From Klebsormidium nitens (lineage: Eukaryota > Plantae > Klebsormidiophyceae), in the NCBI GenBank assembly GCA_000708835.1, contig DF237363.1, positions 18,631 through 82,630 on the forward strand: a stretch of DNA of 64,000 bases, in the 5' to 3' direction. How positions within the stretch are numbered: the first letter of the stretch is position 1; the number at the start of each line of letters is the position of its first letter. The notes beneath the pieces were generated by a model. That model was given only the letters and a program-made list of their open reading frames with translations. It did not search any database and was not told where the DNA came from. Shown piece after piece: positions 55,020 to 64,000 of the stretch. The position numbers were made by a program, and so were the translations under genes.

Positions 55020-58000
55020 ATGGGGACTGGAGGAAGGCGCGTCAAAGAGGGTGTCAAAACGAGAATTATTGCTCCTGCTGAGGGCCTGCCCGGGCTGCCG
55101 CCTCCTTCCGATTCAGACTCGTACACGAGTGACTCCCTCTCTGATTCTTCTGACAGGTAGGCACGGTTTCATAATTCTCTGATGTTATGATGCACAATGG
55201 TGGTCATTGAAGACGGACAAAATGCCCTTATTTGTTGGCAAGCATTGTATCGTCTCGATTAGATCTGGATGCCTGCATTAGGTCGTTTTTTGATTAGTCT
55301 TCTTGAACAGTGGCTGTCAAATAAATTATAAAAGCTGTGTTATCCTAGATATCATGGTGATCAGTTTCAAAAAGATCGATTGATCCTACAATCGGCTTAG
55401 ACTATTTACAAGTACAGGCCAAAGAAGAAAAAGAAGAAAACGGTTTTGATAGTCTGAAACTCTTACATGTGAAAGTATCTCAACAAACCTGCTACAATTG
55501 GTGATCGACCAATGCTGAAGCTGCTCTAATATTAGGACAGAATCCTACAGACACGTCCTCCATTGACTTTGAAATGGTAAGCACCCAACTTGTAAAGCTG
55601 CCGGTTGTGCAGTAAAATAAAAGTGAGCGTTAAATTGAACCGCAGTCCTCTAAAAGAAGACTTTTTCAAGAAGGGCACAGAAAACAAAAGCGTTTAAGCC
55701 TGAATCTCAAGATGCTGCACAATCACTCCATCTTCCGTCCATTGCAGTTCGGGGTTCAGCAGCGGCTCCGATGTCTCCAGCCCGCGACGAGGGGGTCATG
55801 TTCGGAGAAGGTCACCTCCTCCTGCGGTTGACAAAAGGGCCACCCTGAAGCAGCGGGAAAGGAGCCCCCATGAGCGGGAGCGCACTGAAAGGAAGAGGCG
55901 ACGATCTGAGGTACTCAACGAGGGATCTTTGAGCATGTTCATTCCACTTTCAGAGCGTGAATGCTTTTTGAAAGACTTACATTTGGGTGAATGATGGCCC
56001 CTGCAGTAAAGTAATTCGTGATGCATTCTGATAGAGGTCTGATGAAACTGGATGCAGGGAACTAAAAAGGGTCATTGGTTGACACCAAGTAAAGAGAGCG
56101 CTGTAAAGTTTTCTGCTTTCGAGAAGGACTGGACAAGAAACTTGATCCTAGGGCCATCTCTGATCTTTCAACTAGACTCGCAGGCCCTGGATGCGAACAA
56201 CATGAATAGCAAGTCTGATTACTGGTTACTTCAGGCAGCATAGACTCTGTGCATGCTTATGAGAAGCGTAATGCAATGGTTAAGCAGTCCAGACACTGAG
56301 CTTCTGCAAGCATATTTGTGGCAGATGCAAGCCCGTCGATGAGGGTACTCATGTTGTATGGCACCTTTTTAAAGAGCAGCGTCGCACCTCTTTTCAGAAA
56401 AGGCGGACCTGATAGTTGACTCCCTTATGTACAGGCATGGCCAGCCTTGATTGCTTGCTGTTTTTGGTCCTAAGCTAGTCAGCGTGAAGTTGGATTGGCT
56501 TAGGCAGTCTGCAAGACAGTGCTTCGTCTCTCTTTGCTTAAAGCATTGCTTAGTCCCCACCCACTCTAAGCACGGCTTGTTTCTGCAGAGTTCAACTTCT
56601 CATCCTTTCCCTTGATGTCAAGAAGACTGCAGACTCGTTCTCTTTGCTTTCCCTTGACATCGAGAAGAGAAAATAAACACTGTACTCGGCAAAAAGTGTC
56701 CACCAAAAAACAAACGATGTTTTGCAGGACGAGGACTACCATCGCCGTCAGCGCACTCGATCCCCTCGGCGGCGCAGCCCCTCGCCAAGGCGGCCATCTC
56801 TGCCCCCCCGGAAGCAAGAGATGTCTCATAAGCGCCCTGCAAGTCATAGCGGATCCCCCAGTCCCAGCGGGAAACGGCCCCTGACACACCGGCAAGAGGT
56901 CGGCAAATTTGAAGAGGAAGAAGTCCGTTTTGTCGAGAGGGATGTGCGCGTGCTGGGCAGAGAAAAGGACGATACCAACAGAGGGGGAGTCGACGGTGCT
57001 TCTGACGGCAAGGGGGGTTCAGGGTCGCGGGTAGTGAACGGGAAGGTTGCAATTTCGGTTGGCCCCCGAAAAGGAGGTGAGATGAAGCAGAGCGGGGCTG
57101 ACATGGAGCTCGGAAAAAAAGACGAGAAAGAAAAGGACAAGGGGAGTGTTCTTGCGGGGGTTGACGAAAAAGCAGGGGACGAAGGTGGTATCGAAACGGG
57201 GGGGCTGACGCAGGGGGCTGAAGACGTTGGAGCTTTCCCCCTGGATGATGGCGTTCCTGTGGTAGGTCTGGAAGGGGAAGCTGAGAAAGGGGAAATGGGA
57301 GACGGTGGGGAAGCGACACGAGGGCGAGGGGTCGATGGGGGGGCCTCTGAGGGGGCTGGGGGGAACGTCAGCGGTTTCGGAGAGCAGCGAGAAGAGTCAG
57401 AAGAGAAGGAACTCTTTGAGAAGGACGGGCCCGAAGAGCTTGGTGCGCAGAAAGGGAGAAAGAGTAGCAGGTGGGATCGGAAGGCGTCGCCAGATATCGA
57501 AGAGGAAGGAGAAGTTGGTCTAGGAGTGGAAGCAGAGATTGCACACGGCGACGGGGAAGTGAAGGAGAGTGAAGATGCAAGGCACGGCGACAGTTCTCAT
57601 GATAGGACGGAGGGCGCTTCTCTTGAGAGGAGGGGGGATGATCAAAGGTCTGTAGAGATGGGGGTGGATGAGAGGAGGGGTGAGGCGGAACGGTTCGAGA
57701 AGAGAAGAGAGGAGGATAAGTACGAGAGGCGGGGAGACGACTGGCGGGAAGACAGGAGGCGGGACGAGCGATATGACGACGAGCGGCGGAGGGACGAGCG
57801 CCATGATAGGGCCCCGGACCGTTTTGAGAGGCCGAGGGGTGGGCGATTTGAGGATCCGCGGAAGAGAAGGGACGATCGGTATGACAATGAAAGTTCCAGA
57901 GACCGTCGGTTCGAGGACCGTGGGGATCGATTTGAGGGCGAGAGAGCGAGAGAAGGGCGGTTCGATGACCGGAGGCGCACGGAGCGGGACCACGGACGGC

Positions 58001-58404
58001 CAGACGATAGGAGATACGAGGGGAGAGGGTATGGCGACAGAGGTCACCAAGATCGGGGCTATGATGGTCGGGGCCCGGAGAGACCGCGGCCTCCATTCCG
58101 AGAGGACAGAACGGAACGTCGTGACGGGCGGAACTTCGAGGAGAGGGGCTGGGAACGGGGCCGGGAGCACGCGGCGAAGGCAGCACCGTATGAAAGACCC
58201 GAGACTATGCAAGCAGACCGGGAGGAGCGCGCGAGGAACTCTGGCAGGGGGGGGTGGGGCGCACAGAGGGGCGGGAGTTTCAAGCAGCCAACGGAAAAGT
58301 GGGGCCATGATAAGTTTGATGAGATTAACCAGCAGGGAAATGAAGTCGGAGAGATTGTGAAGGAGGACCCTTATGCCAAGATAGAAGCTCTGTTGGCAAT
58401 GTGA
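55020..58404 (+). CDS. R/D/E/S-rich low-complexity nuclear protein with C-terminal KWGHDKF motif (Btz/CASC3-like motif)
   Basis: Exons 55020-55156, 55748-55910 and 56728-58404 join in frame; RSPS/RS dipeptides, RD/RE repeats, EKWGHDKFDE. Confidence 0.7.
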
Positions 58405-59418
58405 TCTGACATCTGTCAAGGTGACTCATGCAATTGTAGGATTCCTGAGTCTGACATGCAAGTAGAGTTGCTCGGATCGAGTTGCTCTGCTCTTTTATGT
58501 TGGTGCTTGTTGCTCCTGGCAAGCTAGTCAGGACGGTGCAACATGTGCGACCGTCGTGCATTGCATGGGTCAACCAATTCACAAGTACATTTCTGGTATG
58601 CATCGTTAGTCGCCCATCATTGCAGCTGCCTGCACACTGACGGATCAGAGATTCATGCCTGGTCATCATCATCGTCAATGCGCAAACTGAATCCTGTCAT
58701 GCACCGCCTGAGGGTGAGAATTCTGGATGACACTGACGCCCTGCGGGCCGCGCCGCCGGTAGCTAGCTGCACATGACGACTGTGCATGGCACGTTGATGC
58801 GCGCGCGGTTGCAGATGCGCATGGCGCGGCCGCCACATTGATGTGCACGGTTTCATGTAACAGGCATATACCGTATACCCGGATGCAGTGTCACCGTCAC
58901 CCGTGGCATGGTCCCCCGATAAGCTCTTCGGCGCATGCATTTTATGGTGCATGATGCGCTGAGCAATTACGTACAGACGCATTTGCCGTCCATCAAGCGC
59001 AACCGGGCGGTGTGCTCAGTAGATACTCTCAAGTGTATCAGGCTAGTGCAGATTCACGACAATCAATGCGTTGGTAAGTCTTAGTATGTTGCCAATGGGG
59101 ACTCTATAATGCATGCAGTGTTTACACACGCTCCCTGAATAGAGCATACCTTACTCCGCCAGCTGTAGCTAGTTGAGATTGTGCATCACTGAAAGATTCT
59201 TAACAACCCATCATCTTAGAGCAACTTCGTCACGCAACAAGTCTACACGATTTAAGCATCAAGAGTTGCATCTTTATCCGCAGCTCAATAGCCCTAGAAT
59301 TTTCCTTGGCACCAACGGTCACGCGCAAGTGAGAGATGGAAGCCGCCAAGCTTTCCAAGAGCTGCACTCCACCTGGCAACACGAGAATTAAGGCATCCTA
59401 TGGCATCCTGACATGGAT

Positions 59419-62400
59419 TTATGGGCCGTAGATCCTCTTGTAGGTGTTCTTTTCGACCTGCAGAAACAGGCCAGAAACAGGGGAGTTGGGCTCTGCGACT
59501 TCACGAATGACCAGCTCCAATTTCCCACCAGCTTGGCAGAGTCAGAACAAGACTTTACCAAAACTTTACCAAGGATTTGCAGTACCCTTACTGTTGGGGA
59601 AATCTTTGTAGATTGATGGAGCGCCGCACACCTCTCGAACCACCTTCGACGGAAAGCTTGAGGCCGAAAGTGAACAAGTCAACGAACGCGTCTTGTTCAA
59701 ACTACGGCAGGCCGAAAAGGCACGGTTTTTGTAAGTGAGTTCCTGGACACATATTAACGCGCCTCCTTCACACTTACCACAGTCAGCATGGAAGCGGGCA
59801 GCCAGGCGGGCGCCGTCAGCACTCCCGACCAGGCGACCTGAGAGCACAGAGAAAAAAGGTCTAAATTTCAGGAGGTCGTTTGCGCAGACCTGCAAATGAC
59901 AACCGACGGCGGCAGCCAAAAGGAAGGAGGATCGCTTTTGGCTCGACAGGCTGATTGACATGCAGTCGTCAGCAGAACGCCAACTACTAGGCTTGATAAG
60001 ACTCTAAGGCGCCCTCTCAAGTGAGCCCCAATGACTTGTATGTTTGCCTACGATCGTATCCCTAAGGTCGAACTTTGGCTGAGAGCGCGAGCTCGGCGCT
60101 CAAAAAACCGGACGACAGGTATTGGGCAACAACAGACAAAGGTCCGCATGCTTGCACCAGCAGCTTTTAGGGTGTGAAAGGAGACTGCTTACGTAATCAC
60201 ACTCATTCCGGAAGTGAAGCTCGGCATTCACGAACTTGGAACCGGAGTGAAAAGCACATAGCGTACGGCTAATCTGGTATCTCAAGGAGTCCTCTCAGGG
60301 CAGCTGCATTTTTTGGACTGTTTTGGATGGAAGACTAGTGTCCGAGATCTGGCCGGCAAACTTATGCTGTTTCGCACGAATATCATTGCAGAAGGTCAAT
60401 ACGTTGAACAGAAAGGACTAGTATGCTCACCAGTGCATATTCGCCAGCCTGGAAGATCCGCACGTCCAGGATCTGCCAACACGAAAATGAGGATCAGAGA
60501 GCACTTGATGCAACAACAGGCGCAAAGTGCAAGACACAGAACTTACAGCCTTCATCAAGGTACTTCAAGCGAAAAATACCGGCCGCAGACAACAGTTTTT
60601 CTGAAAGGTTTACTAAGGAATGGATCGTTGGAGATGCTGATGAAATCATTAGCAGACTGCAGCAGTCTCAGAAGTGTTCCGCCCAACGAGAGTCTGGTCC
60701 CATCCTCCGGTGCCTTTCTTGATAGCACCGAGATTCCCGTATCACGCAATGGGGCAAATACACGCCTTTTCAACTTTTGTTACCAGGTGACGTTTCGACG
60801 AAGAAAGTGCAGACTGAGTACGGTGTGAAACATGCACAAAAGCTGGTCGAAGTGAACTGCTCACCTCCCCTCTATCCTCAAAGACGTAGTCGATCCCCTT
60901 GTAATTTCGGGGGTGGTTTGTTGCTAGCGACTGCAGACAAGGTCGGCTGACGACATTAGCAACGTAAGCTTTTCTTGCCAGTGCTTAGAATTTCCCGAGT
61001 GAATGTATGTACCTAACTTCTGCAATATGAAAGAGGATATTGTAAAACGGCCACTGCACAGGACAAGTGCCTTGACTACTTGTCTCAACTGCTTTGACCC
61101 AACCTTAAGTCTCATTCAAGTCGAGCAACTTAGTAAACCTTTCGTTTTATATTACCATTAGTCATTTCTACAGGCCTTGCGTGAGACGCAGCAACCAGGG
61201 TCCTTGGTATGACTAGCTCTGACCATTCAAATCTTAGTGAAAGAATGGCCAACTGCAGGACGTAACAGCAGCTGGACAGCTCTGTTCCTGGTATGCCCCA
61301 GGCGATTTTCCGAAAAAGGCCAAGAGAGCGACGTTGAAAGAAAGGAAACGGCCACTCGCCTCAACGCTGTCGTAGTACATGTCCTTGTCCACCCGTACGA
61401 CCTGTCCCTTCTTCACTGCACAGAAGCAAACACCAACGAGAAACGTTCAAAATCAACAATGTTGTAGTCCATCGACGGCGAAGCTGCTTTGCATCTTATG
61501 AGATCTCTGCTCCTGAGAAACACTTCGACGGTCTTAAGGAAAGCAATGAGCTTGGATAGAACCAAGGTCACCACATGGGGACAGACAAGGCTACTATGGG
61601 GGTTTAGAGCGGGTACAAGTGCGGAGCAGAGAACAGCCCGCGTTCAGATACCGTCGTTTGAAGCTTATCAATATCTCAGCCTACAGATTCTCAGCAGACC
61701 TCTTGTTTGCAACTGCATGAGGATGCACCGTGGCAAATGGGGCTGGCAAGCTCGTCAATTTTCTGGACACTTTGCCCAGAACGTAAGTGCGAACCTGCGT
61801 TTCTGTCCTCTTTGAATCAGGAATCAGAAACATGGCAGCCTCCCTGGCAATCGGAGCTCCAGCCTAAAGCAACTGCTGAATGCTGCTTCAAACAGCTCAA
61901 AGGTAGAGTGACCTACGTGTCGGCTTCGCCGGCTTCTCTGGCTTTGCCTCAGCTTCCTTCGCCTCTGCACCTTTCCCTTCTACCTCGGATTGTGTTGGAG
62001 GCAGCTCCTGAGTGCTGGCGCTAGCTTCGGCGGCCGCCTTCAGGACCAGAGAGCAGCTCCGGGATGGCTGGTAGTGCTGCAGAATGATAAGAGATTCAAT
62101 TCAACATCACGAGAAGCGAATACTTGGTTCCAAGGATCTCGATGTGCAAACTATACCCCAGGGGAACTCCCATGCAGCAGTCGGTCAGCGACCGACAACT
62201 TGAATGGTCCACCTAGCTTTGACAGAATATTGTACGAGTTGCCTGCTATGTTTCTCCCTAATTGGCGAAGCACAAGTCAACTGGAGATGTTGTATGGTAT
62301 GCCACTATCCCTATCAGGACAATAGTGTCACTATGTTCTCTTGATGTCTGTCAGGATGTAAGGGTCATTCTTCCCATTGCTCCATGTGACTTTTCCAAAG

Positions 62401-63266
62401 CTGTTCACACTGCTGTCCAGATACTCAGCAGTTTCTTGCGAGAGGACAGACGCACACGCAAAAAGGTCCTGCTTTGGAATTCGAACCAACATCATCGCAG
62501 GAATGAAGCACGACAGCGGCGTGCACTATTTGATTTTGCTTAAGCAGCGGCGTGCACAGCTGCGCATGATCACGCTGGACAAAATGTCCACCAAGATGAT
62601 CCATTCTAGCTCTGGTGCATATGTAGCCAACAGCAATTTTGAAAGTGCTCTACCAGGAATCCTTCTCTAGAAAGCCAATGCCTCAGAAGCAAGTAGCCCA
62701 GAGAAACTGAACAGACGGACACAAGTTTGTGAGGCCGAGGGGCACATTGGGGTTGCTTTGCATTTCAGAAAACCGGCTGTCTCTGGAGAAGGATTGGTAA
62801 TCAACTCTGGTCATTGCGTATCTTTCACCACAAATGTGGGGCCTCGCACTCATTGCATTAGGGTTATCATTGGTGTTTGAGACAATGCTTGCTCTATGCA
62901 CATTTACACACGGCTAGGAAAGCACATTTCGAATCTGTGGCGGTCAATGCTTTATATCTGGCCTGATTGACATGGATCAAAAATGCTTCTCACGGTAAGA
63001 AGCAGCTCAGCTTATGCTGTGACAGAGACAAGCATCTTTCAACACTTTTGCTTCTACCGTCACCCAAAGTAGTATTTAAACACTCTTCTTACCTTGGGCT
63101 GCGTGGGAAAGGAGTTGTTTCTCGGGTGCTCCATCCCCGCCCGACATCTGCAGATGCCATTCACCCAACGTGATGGCTGCCGGTTTGCCACCACATTGTC
63201 CTGTTGGTGGAGACCGATGCTTCCACCAAGAGCGCTCTGCCGCAATGCAGCAGCGGTGGCCGCCAT
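59419..63266 (-). CDS. ndhO: Plastid NADH dehydrogenase-like complex subunit O
   Basis: Seven exons: transit peptide MAATAAALRQS..; ..KPT L|KKGQVVRVDKDMYYDSVE | SLATNHPRNYKGIDYVFEDRGE | ILDVRIFQAGEYAL | VAWSGVLTAPAWLPASMLTV | VEKNTYKRIYGP*; matches the plant NdhO consensus as I recall it. Confidence 0.92.
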
Positions 63267-63727
63267 GTTTCGATCCTCTTCGCTGGCGCCTCTTGGGCCT
63301 GTCTTCTAGCGCTGCTTTATCTGTTCATGGTCTTCAGCATTCAGCCCTGTCCTACCGTCAGCAACAGGTGGTTTGAACGCTGCTCGCTTGCAGCGCGCGC
63401 ATAACAGGCATTCGATGTTCGAATCATGGCGGCCGCGCGGATCTGGCGGCCGCCGTCGGAACCCTCGCCGCGGGGCTTGATTGTAAGTGTTTCTGACAGT
63501 ACACTGTGCAGGGGCGGCGCGAGTCTCCAATTCCCCCCAACTTTCTCGGCCGTCCGATGGGCCGGGTTCATCCGGCCGGATTCAGCTGAACCGAACGGAA
63601 AGTGCCCGGTTTGGCCCAGATCCCATAAGCTATGGACGCTGGGCCACCTTCAAACCCCCATGCAGTACAGCCAGTGTCATAGTGTGTCACTGCAGGGCAG
63701 CATTGCCGGGGCCTGAGCGCCTTTCCG

Positions 63728-63820
63728 ATGGGAGTGGGAGCAAGCCTGAAAGAAACGACCAAGGAGCTGGTCGCGCCGCAGCCCGTCCCAGCTCCAGTGG
63801 CTCCTGGTGTGCAATCTAAG
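63728..63820 (+). CDS. Probable first exon of the next gene, divergent from ndhO (continues beyond window)
   Basis: ATG GGA GTG GGA GCA...TCT AAG|GTGTGT donor-like end; a short head-to-head spacer lies between it and ndhO. Confidence 0.35.
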
Positions 63821-64000
63821 GTGTGTATGTGTATGCAGCTTGCCATTTCTCTGATTCAGGTTTCTTACGGGTGCTCAGATGTTGTGGTCACGTTGTGGAA
63901 AATTCCAGTAGAGTAGGTTGACGTGCTATTGAGTGAGTGACTTTCTGACGTACTGACAGTCTCATATGGCAAGTCAAGCCAATGCATCAAAAGTCGTCGA

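Noticed and set aside
57368-58419. Long antisense and alternate-frame ORFs (272, 299, 230 aa)
   Set aside because: By-products of the repetitive purine-rich coding strand of the R/D/E-rich gene.
58450-59000. ATGCAT/GC-palindrome-rich intergenic stretch (possible small TE)
   Set aside because: No terminal repeats or second copy within the window.
60313-60828. 171-aa plus-strand ORF
   Set aside because: Antisense to an ndhO exon and its introns; no protein-family signal.

Overview
Eukaryotic nuclear DNA, intron-rich with GT-AG introns and one GC-AG intron. The nuclear-encoded plastid NdhO, PPR protein, plant-type guanosine deaminases and a retained TRP channel point to a streptophyte green alga such as Klebsormidium (inference). 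The first ~16.5 kb is a foreign/mobile island. It holds a spliced origin-binding-protein (UL9-like SF2 helicase) gene, a ~110-bp hairpin satellite spanning an assembly gap, and an intronless virus/plasmid-like cassette with no visible capsid genes (orphan ORF, intact tyrosine recombinase, small ORF, disrupted Prim-Pol/Zn-finger/SF3 helicase). A spliced KDZ-type transposase with SWIM/CxC fingers follows. The rest is host genes: a secreted Cys-rich + SnoaL-like protein, two tandem guanosine deaminase paralogs (one with a zinc-ligand Cys->Ser change), a WSS1-like WLM protease, a very large WD40-ankyrin-TRP channel, a PPR protein, an R/D/E-rich protein, and NdhO. Introns of the TRP and PPR genes repeatedly contain degenerate tandem copies of their own exon-intron junctions. 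All gene models were spliced by eye.
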